A stretch of DNA of 64,000 nucleotides from Chthoniobacteraceae bacterium (GTDB lineage: Bacteria > Verrucomicrobiota > Verrucomicrobiia > Chthoniobacterales > Chthoniobacteraceae), in NCBI GenBank assembly GCA_037190965.1, contig JBBCKI010000030.1, positions 1-64,000 on the forward strand, read 5' to 3'. The translations under genes and the position numbers were made by a program. The notes below the pieces were generated by a model, which did no database searches, had not been told where the DNA came from, and worked only from the letters and a program-made list of their open reading frames with translations. This document shows, in pieces, positions 27,822-36,451 of the stretch (position 1 is its first letter; every line of letters begins with the position of its first letter).

Positions 27822-29012
27822 TTAGTACTTCGGCACGCTGGAATCGACGTCGTCGCTCCACGCCTGGATGCCACCGGTCACGTTCCAAAGCTTGCCGAAC
27901 CCGGCCTCCTTGAGCAGCTTGAGCGCCTTCGCGCTGCGGACGCCAGATTTGCAATGGATCACGATCTCATCGGCGCTATCGAGTTCGCTCATCCGCGAGG
28001 GAAGCTCCGGCAACGGGATGAGTTTCGATCCCGGGATGCGGCAGATGTCGAATTCGAACTTCTCGCGCACGTCAAGGAGGACGAACTTCTCCTCACGGTC
28101 GAGCCGCGCCTTCAACTCCGTGGCGGAGATGACCGGCACCGGTTCTTCCTCGGCCTCGGCGGCGGCCGCCTGCGGAATGCCGCAGAACTGGTCATAGTCG
28201 ATCAGTTCGGTGATGGTCGGGCAATCGCCGCAGACAGGGCACTTGGGATCGCGCCGGAGCTTGTACTCCTTGAACTTCATCTTGAGCGCGTCGAAATGAA
28301 CCAGCCGCCCGGTAAGCGACTCGCCGATGCCCATGATGAGCTTGATCGCCTCGATCGCCTGCATCACGCCGATGATCCCCGGCAGCACGCCCAGCACGCC
28401 GCCCTCGGCACAACTCGGGACCATGCCGGGAGGCGGCGGTTCCGGGAACATGCAGCGGTAGCAGCCTCCGGAGATATGGGGCGCAAAGACGGTGCACTGG
28501 CCGTCGAAGCGGAAAATGGAGCCGTAGACGTTCGGCTTCTTGAGGAACACGCAGACGTCGTTGGAGAGATACCGGGTCGGAAAATTATCCGTCCCGTCGA
28601 TCACGATGTCGTAGTTCTGCGCGATTTCCATCGCGTTGTCCGAACGGAAAAGTGCGTCGTGGAGATCGACCTGGATATTCGGGTTGATCTCGCGGATCCG
28701 GTCGCGCGCGGAGTTGAGCTTCTTGCGGCCCACATCCTTCGTGCCGTGCAGGATCTGGCGCTGGAGATTCGAAAAATCGACCACGTCGGCATCAACGATG
28801 CCGATTCGGCCGATGCCCGCGGCAGCAAGATAAAGGGCGATGGGCGATCCCAGCCCCCCTGCCCCGATGCAAAGGACGCTCGCGGCCTTGAGACGACGCT
28901 GCCCTTCAAGCGTCACCTCAGGCATGATCAAATGCCGGGAGTAACGGGCAATTTCGTCGTTGCTGAACTCGATGCGCTCCAGACGGGCTGGATCAATGAT
29001 ACTCTTGGCCAT
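27822..29012 (-). CDS. moeB: Sulfur-carrier adenylyltransferase with rhodanese domain (MoeZ type)
   Basis: RYSRHLIMPEV, GAGGLGSP, SNLQRQ, DGTDNFPTRY, CYRC, SCAEGGVLG, C-terminal rhodanese HCKSGVRS. Confidence 0.93.
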   Translation of the reverse strand: MAKSIIDPARLERIEFSNDEIARYSRHLIMPEVTLEGQRRLKAASVLCIGAGGLGSPIALYLAAAGIGRIGIVDADVVDFSNLQRQILHGTKDVGRKKLNSARDRIREINPNIQVDLHDALFRSDNAMEIAQNYDIVIDGTDNFPTRYLSNDVCVFLKKPNVYGSIFRFDGQCTVFAPHISGGCYRCMFPEPPPPGMVPSCAEGGVLGVLPGIIGVMQAIEAIKLIMGIGESLTGRLVHFDALKMKFKEYKLRRDPKCPVCGDCPTITELIDYDQFCGIPQAAAAEAEEEPVPVISATELKARLDREEKFVLLDVREKFEFDICRIPGSKLIPLPELPSRMSELDSADEIVIHCKSGVRSAKALKLLKEAGFGKLWNVTGGIQAWSDDVDSSVPKY

Positions 29013-29185
29013 AGGAAAAGAGGCTTATCCTAAGGACCCCCTCGGAAATTGCAAGCGGGGTTCTCCAAGGTTCGATTGCATCACTTTCTCAAACCCGAAA
29101 ACCGATGCTGAAGCGAGTGAAAGGTTCCTCGATGTTTTCAGTAGATTTGCAGGCCCGGAGCGATACTGGACATTGGCCATCGGGA

Positions 29186-29345
29186 GGTAGTCCGCTCTCG
29201 CCGAGAGCGCGGGATGGGTTTACGAGTCACGTTTGACATCCATCCGCAGGATGGGCTGCTGGTGTTGGGATGCGGCCTTCATGGAGTCACTGGAGCCGAT
29301 ACCCGCGCTCGACGGCGCGAGCGGGCTACCGGTGCTGCCGCACCA
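29186..29345 (-). repeat. GTAG-REP doublet (REPIN) copy B
   Basis: GGTAGTCCGCTCTCGCCGAGAGCGCGGG ... CCCGCGCTCGACGGCGCGAGCGGGCTACCGGTGCTGCCGCACC. Confidence 0.9.
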
Positions 29346-29471
29346 TTTTATAACGTATGATCCATCATCAAGTGACGGAGTCCGGGTTAAAAGAATGGCC
29401 TCTAATACCTCGGAAGGTTTTTCTGGATTTTCTGGGTGAGGGGTTCAAAGTACCGCCTTTCATCAACTTTC

Positions 29472-30446
29472 ATGTCTGAGAATCTCATTCTTGTCGGCGG
29501 TGCCGGTGGTTTCATCGGCGGTCATCTCGTTGCAGACCTTCTGAAGAAAGGCCACACCCGCATCCGCGCTGTGGACATCAAGCCCTTCGACCAGTGGTAT
29601 CAGCGCTTCCCTCAGGTTGAAAACCTCCAGCTTGATCTCGGCCGCCTCGAAGCCTGCGAACAGGCCGCCAAGGGAGCCACCACCATTTACAACCTCGCCG
29701 CGGACATGGGCGGGATGGGATTCATCGAGAACAACAAGGCGCTCTGCATGTTGACGGTGCTCATCAACACCCACCTCCTCATGGCCGCCAAGGACACCGG
29801 GGTGCAACGCTATTTCTATGCCTCCTCGGCCTGCGTCTACAACGCCGACAAACAGCGGGACCCGAACGTCACCGCGCTGAAGGAAGAGGACGCCTATCCG
29901 GGCATGCCGGAAGACGGTTACGGCTGGGAAAAGCTTTTCTCCGAGCGGATGTGCCGCCACTTCCGCGAAGACTTCGGCCTCACCACGCGCGTGGCCCGCT
30001 ACCACAATGTCTACGGCCCGCACGGGACTTATGACGGAGGCCGCGAAAAAGCGCCTGCAGCGATCTGCCGCAAGGTGATCCAGGCCAAGCTTTCCGGGAA
30101 GCATGAGATCGAGATCTGGGGCGACGGCAACCAGACACGGTCGTTCATGTACATCGACGACTGCCTCAAGGGGACCCAGGACATTCTCGCCAGCGATATC
30201 ATCGACCCGATCAACCTCGGCAGCAGCGAACTCGTCTCCATCAACCAGTTGGTGGACGTCGTGGAAGAGATCGCGGGCGTCAAGCTGAAGCGGAATTACA
30301 ATCTTTCCGCGCCCAAGGGTGTCAATGGCCGCAACAGCGACAACACGCTCATCCAGAAGCTGCTCGGCTGGGAGCCCGACACACGTCTGCGCGACGGCAT
30401 GGCGAAGACCTACGCCTGGATCTACGACCAGATCACCTGCAAGTAA
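29472..30446 (+). CDS. NAD-dependent epimerase (GDP-mannose 3',5'-epimerase-like)
   Basis: GGAGGFIG, NLAADMGGMGFI, ASSACVY, YGWEKLFSE, GGREKAPAA. Confidence 0.9.
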   Translation: MSENLILVGGAGGFIGGHLVADLLKKGHTRIRAVDIKPFDQWYQRFPQVENLQLDLGRLEACEQAAKGATTIYNLAADMGGMGFIENNKALCMLTVLINTHLLMAAKDTGVQRYFYASSACVYNADKQRDPNVTALKEEDAYPGMPEDGYGWEKLFSERMCRHFREDFGLTTRVARYHNVYGPHGTYDGGREKAPAAICRKVIQAKLSGKHEIEIWGDGNQTRSFMYIDDCLKGTQDILASDIIDPINLGSSELVSINQLVDVVEEIAGVKLKRNYNLSAPKGVNGRNSDNTLIQKLLGWEPDTRLRDGMAKTYAWIYDQITCK

Positions 30447-30479
30447 GGGTACAACCCACGTCCTCCGCCGATTCCGTCA

Positions 30480-31322
30480 GTGAAATTCTCCATCGTTACC
30501 GCCAGCTTCAATCACGGCCGCTTCATCCGCGACTGTATTGAAAGCGTCCTCGCGCAAAAGGGCATCGAGTTCGAACACATCGTCTTCGACGCCGGTTCGA
30601 CGGATGAAACGCTTTCGATCCTCAAGGAATACCCGCACCTCGACTGGGTGTCGGAGCCGGACAAGGGAATGTCCGACGCCATTAACAAAGGCTTCCGCAA
30701 GGCGACCGGCGATTGGGTGATGTGGTTGAACACCGATGACTATCTCCTACCGGGCGCGCTGGAACGCGTCGCCCGGTTCATCGAAAAGAATCCCGCCGCG
30801 GATGTTGTCTACGGGGGATGGAACTTCGTGGATGAAGAGAAGCGCTTCGTGAAAACCATGAAGCTCTTCCCCTTCGACCTGATGATGATGATCCATTACG
30901 GACCTTACATCGGCTCGACCGCCTGTTTTTTCCGGCGAAAGACCACCATTGCCGAAGGTCACCTGCTGGACGTCAAATTCCGCTTCTGCATGGACGGGGA
31001 GTATTACTGCCGCCTTGGGAAGGCCGGAAAACGATTCGCTTACCTGCCGGAGATCCTGGCCGACTTTCGGATTCACGGTCAGAACACCAGCATGTGCCAC
31101 AATACCATGCAGGGGATGGACGGAATTTTCCGATATCAATTGCTCCTCGCCGAAAACGCCTCCATCCGGCGGGCCTACGGAGTGACGCTCTTCCGGCTCC
31201 CCATGGCGAACGTCGGAGTGGACGTCGTTTTTTGGTTTTATTACCGCATCAAAAAAATTGTGCTGAAGGTATTGCACGGAAGCTACCGGCAAGAGATCCC
31301 CGGGGTACCGACTTTGAATTGA
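30480..31322 (+). CDS. Glycosyltransferase family 2
   Basis: FSIVTASFN, DAGSTD, EPDKGMSDAINKG, WLNTDD. Confidence 0.9.
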   Translation: MKFSIVTASFNHGRFIRDCIESVLAQKGIEFEHIVFDAGSTDETLSILKEYPHLDWVSEPDKGMSDAINKGFRKATGDWVMWLNTDDYLLPGALERVARFIEKNPAADVVYGGWNFVDEEKRFVKTMKLFPFDLMMMIHYGPYIGSTACFFRRKTTIAEGHLLDVKFRFCMDGEYYCRLGKAGKRFAYLPEILADFRIHGQNTSMCHNTMQGMDGIFRYQLLLAENASIRRAYGVTLFRLPMANVGVDVVFWFYYRIKKIVLKVLHGSYRQEIPGVPTLN

Positions 31323-31386
31323 GTGATCGAGGCGCCAGCCCCTCAATCGGAAGAAGCGCCCTCTCTGCATACTCTCGCACCTGATC

Positions 31387-33177
31387 ATGTTTTCGGAAGC
31401 AACGACTCCAACACAATCCTTCCGCAGAACCTTCCTGGAGCGTTTGTTCAGACGTCTCAACAAGGGAGGGATCCGATACTGCATCCTTAGAAATTACTCC
31501 AGCCTCTACGACAACAACTCCTCCGACGTGGATATGATGGTGGATCCGTCATCACTCGAACGCATCGAGGAGGAGTTGCTGGCGGTCATGGAGGAGACAG
31601 GCTCGAACCTGATCCGACGGGCTGATTTTGTCTGTCGGACGTTCATTTTCTTCGATGGCCAACAGTTGCTCCACATCGATCTGGAATACAGCAAACGCTG
31701 GCGGGTTTTCCCGATTGTTTCCGTGGATGATCTCCTCGGGAAAATGCGACCCTATGGAGAATTCTTCGTCCCCTCCCCGGAGCACGAAATCCTGATCCTC
31801 TGGTCGCAGGCGCTCTGTGCGGGCTACCTCACGGAGCGTTACCGCAACTCGCTCGAGAAGCTGCTTGGAGAAGCCGACTCCGCTCTCCTCACGGAGGTTT
31901 ACCGTCGCGCATTTGGCAGCACAGGCGACCGACTCCTGGCGATCCATCGCAATCTGCAAAACGAGACATGCCTGGATCCATTTCTACTGAAACTGCGCAA
32001 AGCGCTGATTGCCGCCCTCTGGAGCAATCCTGCGCGGGCGTTTGCCTCCGCGCGCTATGCAATCTGGGACGCCGGACGTATCGTTTTTCGGGCCACTCAT
32101 CTCGCGGGCCTACGCTGCACGGTCGTCTCCGTGGACGATAAGTTTGATTGCGAAGCGCTGCTGCGCGATCTGGACGTTCTTTTCCCTCCCTCGAAAATTG
32201 AGATTCGGCCCATGGAAAGGACCGATTGCCGGCCTTCCCTCGCCCGGCGTTTGAAGACAGGGTGGGGCGATTTCAAGCGATTCTTTCGCGGAGGCGTGCT
32301 GCTGGAGAAACATACGGCATCGTCGGATTCCGAAGTCTCCTCCATCGCCGCGCGCATCGGCTTTCGCAAATGGGCGTATAATCATACGCAAACCATGGTC
32401 CTCGATTACGGCGCCGCAGGCACCTTTGCGGTGAACACCGTCAACGGCTTTGGAGAATCGGTCTCCCGCAGGGAGGACGTCGCCCGGTTTCTCATTCGCG
32501 CCATGGGGCAGAATCTTGCAGCGAGCCGCCGTAAATCCCGCCGAGGGCTTTTTTGCGTCCTGCTCGGGCTGGACGGTTCGGGAAAGACTTCTGTATCCCG
32601 TGCTCTTTGCAACGAGACGGCAACGGAGATGCCTCTGGCGGGCGTGCGTTATTTGCATTGGATTCCCAAACCATGGGGCAAACCGGAGTTACCCCTACCC
32701 ACCTTCCACAACTTCGCGCGGAATCCGGCGGAAAATCCCACCGCTGTCACGGCGATCCTTTCTGCGGCCCGCCTTCTCAAAAACCTGCTTTGTGCCCGCG
32801 CGGCTTACGCGCTTCAACTGCGCCCGTGGATTTCGGGTGGCTTTCTGGTGCTGGTGGATCGGTATTACTATAACTATCTGATCGATCCCTCCTCGGTGCG
32901 TTACACCGGTCCGGATTGGCTGCTTCGCGCGCTGCTGCCGCTGTTTCCACAACCCGACCTCCTGCTGGTTCTCCAAGCCGAGGCCTCTGTCCTCCTGCAA
33001 CGCAAACAGGAGATCTCCTTCGACCAGATCGTCGAGCAAACGGAGCGCCTTGCCTCCATCGGCAAACATCCCCGCGCCGTCCAAATCGACGCCAGCCAGC
33101 CGTTGAATCAGGTGGTCCAGGAGGCGCGAAGAGCCATCGCTAACGCCATGGCCCCGGGCCGAAACCCTTTATCATGA
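31387..33177 (+). CDS. Nucleotidyltransferase-fold domain fused to a thymidylate-kinase-like P-loop domain
   Basis: N-term YCILRNY...SDVDMMV, LHIDL; C-term GLDGSGKTS, VLVDRYYY, PQPDL, RKQE, IDASQP. Confidence 0.8.
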   Translation: MFSEATTPTQSFRRTFLERLFRRLNKGGIRYCILRNYSSLYDNNSSDVDMMVDPSSLERIEEELLAVMEETGSNLIRRADFVCRTFIFFDGQQLLHIDLEYSKRWRVFPIVSVDDLLGKMRPYGEFFVPSPEHEILILWSQALCAGYLTERYRNSLEKLLGEADSALLTEVYRRAFGSTGDRLLAIHRNLQNETCLDPFLLKLRKALIAALWSNPARAFASARYAIWDAGRIVFRATHLAGLRCTVVSVDDKFDCEALLRDLDVLFPPSKIEIRPMERTDCRPSLARRLKTGWGDFKRFFRGGVLLEKHTASSDSEVSSIAARIGFRKWAYNHTQTMVLDYGAAGTFAVNTVNGFGESVSRREDVARFLIRAMGQNLAASRRKSRRGLFCVLLGLDGSGKTSVSRALCNETATEMPLAGVRYLHWIPKPWGKPELPLPTFHNFARNPAENPTAVTAILSAARLLKNLLCARAAYALQLRPWISGGFLVLVDRYYYNYLIDPSSVRYTGPDWLLRALLPLFPQPDLLLVLQAEASVLLQRKQEISFDQIVEQTERLASIGKHPRAVQIDASQPLNQVVQEARRAIANAMAPGRNPLS

Positions 33178-35516
33178 GATTGAAGGTTCTCATTTCCGCT
33201 TACGCTTGCGAGCCGGGTTGCGGTTCCGAGCCGGAAGTGGGCTGGCAGTGGGCGATCCACATGGCGCAACTGCATGACGTCACCGTCATCACTCGCCCCA
33301 ACAACCGCCCCGGCATCGAAGCCGAGCTTGCGAAGCTGCCCCAGCCGCACCCTCGGTTCATTTACCACGATCCCGCGCCGTTTTGGGTACGCCTCAAAAA
33401 GAAAGGGTTGCCGATTCCGCTCTTTTACCTGCTTTGGCAGATGAGCGTTCGCCTCTCTCTCGGCAATCGTCTGAACGAGTTCGACCTGATCCACCATATT
33501 ACCTTCAACTCGTTCCGGCAGCCTGGGTTCTGGTGGGCCTGCAAACGCCCGGTGGTTCTCGGCCCCCTGGGAGGAGGACAGATCGCGCCCTGGCAATTGC
33601 TTTCGATCTTCCCGCACACCCGGGTTTCAGAAACCGTCCGCTCTCTTTCCGTGATCGCAGCCCCGCTGCATCCTTTCATTCTCCTGAGCCTAGCCTCCGC
33701 CTCCGCGATTCTGGTGGCCAATGCCGATACCGAACGGCGCATTCCGCGCCGATGGCGGCAAAAAGTCCAGAAGATGTTGGAAACCGGCGTCCCCCCCTCG
33801 GAAGTTCGGGAGGTTGCCCCGAGCCGGGAAGAACGGGATGAAATCGGCGTCATCTGGGTGAGCCGGTTTGACGAAATCAAAGCCCCTCTGCTGGCCCTCC
33901 GGGCCTTCGCGGCGGCGGTGCAGCACGATCCCCGCCTCCGGCTCACGATGATCGGCAGCGGCCCCGACCACGAGGTCGCAAAGACAACGGCGGCAGACCT
34001 CCAGATCGCCGACAAAGTCACCTTTGCAGGCCGGATGCCTAAGGAGCAGATCCCCGCTGAGTTGGCGCGTCACGATTTTTTTCTCTTCACGAGCCTGCGG
34101 GATACTTCAGGCAATGTCCTGATCGAAGCGATGGCGGCGGGACTTCCCGCCATCTGCCTGCGACATCACGGCGCGGCGGAAATCAGCTCCGAGGAAACCG
34201 CCATCCGCGTCGAACCGGGGAACGTCGAGGAGACACTCCAGCGTCTTGCCTCGGCCATGGTGAAGCTCGCCGGCTCCGAAGAACTCCGACAGGCGATGGG
34301 CGCAAAAGCCGCCGAGCGCGTCGCCCATCATTTCCTGTGGCCCGGCAAAGCGAAACAAATGAGCGCTATCTACAATCAGGTGGTTACCGGCGTTGCTCCG
34401 ACCGGAGATATTTCCTCCGGCTCTGCTTCCAAGTTGAGCGCCCTTTTCGGCGGCCCCTCCCCGTCTTCCGCGCCCCGTAACCTCCGTATTCTAAACCGGG
34501 GCGGGATTCCGTTCCTCTTTCTTCCGCGGGAGCCCCGTGCGGCCATCACCGTGCTGGGTCTCTACCCGGCCCAACGGAGCGTGGCCCGTCTCGCCAAGAC
34601 CGCCATCGCAACCGCGTTGCAACTCCGGCTGCCGCTGCCTCTTCCCAACCTCTCAGTCTCCATTGATCCTGCCGCGCCTTTTGTACGCTTCATGGCGGGC
34701 CTCATCGGAGAGCCTCCCGGCGCGCTTCCCGTCTGGGGAATGCTCGCGGGAAACCCCAACGCCCCGGGGCAACGGCTGGTTTTCCTCGTTTTCGGCCCCG
34801 ATCTGAAACCGCGCGCCGTGGTGAAGGTGGGCCAGGGGGAGACGGCACGCCGCCTCATTACGCAGGAACTCGGCGCGCTCGCGGCGCTGCCAACCGGGCT
34901 CGCAGGAGCCCTGCGGCTGCTTGGCCAGTGGGGCGATGCCTCCACCGCCGCGCTCGCGCTGCCTTATGTTTCCGGCGAGGCTCCGTCCCCCGAAAGCCTC
35001 GACCGCGTTGCCGCCATTCTCAATGACTGGCTCCGTTTCGGAAGCGACGCGCCCCTCGATTCGCTAACCGGATGGCGAGCCATCCAGGCAACCGCCCAAG
35101 GCCGGGAGCTTTTGCCGCTCCTGCCCTCAACGCCCGCCGTCGTGCGCGCTCCGGTGACCCACGGCGATTTCGCGCCCTGGAACATCAAGGTTACCGATGG
35201 GAAAACCGGCGCCTGGACGGTGCTCGACTGGGAACGCGGCGAACTTTGCGGCGTCCCCGCCTGGGATTGGTTCCACTTCGTCCTTCAGCCTGCCGCGCTG
35301 GTGCAAAAGCTCCCCGCCGAAGCGATTGCGGAACGCGCCGAAGGGCTCCTCGCCTCCCCGGAGTTCCGCCAATACGCCGAAGCCGCGCGAATTACCGGGC
35401 TCGAACGCGTCCTCCTCCTCGGCTACCTCGTCCACTGCACCGAGGTGATCCGGCAGACCGAAGGAGCCCCGGCGCTCTCCGGAGCGCGCGACCTTTTGCT
35501 GAAACGCTGGCGGTAA
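33174..35516 (+). CDS. GT4 glycosyltransferase fused to an aminoglycoside-phosphotransferase-like kinase domain
   Basis: SAYACEPGCGSEPEVGW, SLRDTSGNVLIEAMAAGLP; C-term AVVKVG, HGDFAPWNI, LDWE, WDWFHF. Confidence 0.85.
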   Translation: MRLKVLISAYACEPGCGSEPEVGWQWAIHMAQLHDVTVITRPNNRPGIEAELAKLPQPHPRFIYHDPAPFWVRLKKKGLPIPLFYLLWQMSVRLSLGNRLNEFDLIHHITFNSFRQPGFWWACKRPVVLGPLGGGQIAPWQLLSIFPHTRVSETVRSLSVIAAPLHPFILLSLASASAILVANADTERRIPRRWRQKVQKMLETGVPPSEVREVAPSREERDEIGVIWVSRFDEIKAPLLALRAFAAAVQHDPRLRLTMIGSGPDHEVAKTTAADLQIADKVTFAGRMPKEQIPAELARHDFFLFTSLRDTSGNVLIEAMAAGLPAICLRHHGAAEISSEETAIRVEPGNVEETLQRLASAMVKLAGSEELRQAMGAKAAERVAHHFLWPGKAKQMSAIYNQVVTGVAPTGDISSGSASKLSALFGGPSPSSAPRNLRILNRGGIPFLFLPREPRAAITVLGLYPAQRSVARLAKTAIATALQLRLPLPLPNLSVSIDPAAPFVRFMAGLIGEPPGALPVWGMLAGNPNAPGQRLVFLVFGPDLKPRAVVKVGQGETARRLITQELGALAALPTGLAGALRLLGQWGDASTAALALPYVSGEAPSPESLDRVAAILNDWLRFGSDAPLDSLTGWRAIQATAQGRELLPLLPSTPAVVRAPVTHGDFAPWNIKVTDGKTGAWTVLDWERGELCGVPAWDWFHFVLQPAALVQKLPAEAIAERAEGLLASPEFRQYAEAARITGLERVLLLGYLVHCTEVIRQTEGAPALSGARDLLLKRWR

Positions 35517-35570
35517 AGTGAGTCCAACAAGCCCGGAGGGACGCTGAAAATTGGCCACAAGAATGGACAA

Positions 35571-35733
35571 GGTAGTCCGCTCGCGCCGTCGAGCGCGGGC
35601 ATCGGTGAAGAACCGCTTTTGGCGCTCATCCCCGCAAGACGGGCTGCCGGGATTGGGATGCGGCCCTCATGGAGCCACGGGAGCCGAACCCCGCGCTCGA
35701 CGGAGCGAGCGGGCTACCGGTGCTGCCGCACCG
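35571..35733 (-). repeat. GTAG-REP doublet (REPIN) copy C
   Basis: GGTAGTCCGCTCGCGCCGTCGAGCGCGGG ... CCCGCGCTCGACGGAGCGAGCGGGCTACCGGTGCTGCCGCACCG. Confidence 0.9.
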
Positions 35734-35758
35734 CCTAGTTTCTGATGGCCATGTTTTC

Positions 35759-36379
35759 TTATCGAGCTGGCTCCTTTCCCTGCTTTTCCTTGAGCCGATA
35801 ATACTCGTACCGCTTCAAGATCGTCTCCACATAGGCGCGGGTGGAAGGGAAGGCGATGCTCTCGCGGAATTCCCCGGCATTGACGGCGTCGCCCGATTTG
35901 CTGGCGGCGATCCAGCCGTTCACGCGCCGCTTTCCGGCGTTGTATTGCGCCAGGGCGAACGGAACGGGATCGTCCTTTCCCTTCCAGTGCCCGAGCGCGC
36001 GCTTGAGATACCATGCCCCGATTTCCAGATTCATCCGGGGCGAGAAAAGGTCAGTGGGGACGAAATTTTCGATCTTGTTCGCCTTCACCCAATCCGCAGC
36101 CGCCGCCTCGCCCACCTGCATGAGCCCCCGCTCGCCGCTGCTGCCTGTTTTATCAGGGTGAAACTCGCTCTCTCTCCAGACAACCGCTTTGACTAATAAT
36201 GGATCGAGCCCGTGTTTTGCCGCGACATCGGCGATCATCGCATCATAGCGATAAAACCGCCCCCAGCTTACCCATTCCGCGGCGAGATAGCGCGGATCCG
36301 GCGAACGATAGAGGGCCACGCCCACGCCCAAAACGGCGGCAAGCGACAGCAGGAAAACGACTTTGGCAACCCAACGCAT
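35759..36379 (-). CDS. Lytic transglycosylase (SLT domain)
   Basis: LVKAVVWRES, GERGLMQV, NLEIGAWYL, ALAQYNAG, TRAYV. Confidence 0.9.
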   Translation of the reverse strand: MRWVAKVVFLLSLAAVLGVGVALYRSPDPRYLAAEWVSWGRFYRYDAMIADVAAKHGLDPLLVKAVVWRESEFHPDKTGSSGERGLMQVGEAAAADWVKANKIENFVPTDLFSPRMNLEIGAWYLKRALGHWKGKDDPVPFALAQYNAGKRRVNGWIAASKSGDAVNAGEFRESIAFPSTRAYVETILKRYEYYRLKEKQGKEPAR

Positions 36380-36451
36380 ACAAAAGACTCCGCAGCATAC
36401 CTCATTTCAAAAAAACTTCACCTCCAACGGCAATCCGGCCACTCTTGAGCG

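Noticed and set aside
27471..29033. 520-aa plus-strand ORF
   Set aside because: Antisense shadow of moeB; long stop-free antisense frames are expected in high-GC coding DNA and it has no motifs
29233..29439. Short ORFs sharing the peptide PALDGASGLPVLPH (also near 35669, 39527, 60850)
   Set aside because: Translations of the REPIN repeat, not a protein family
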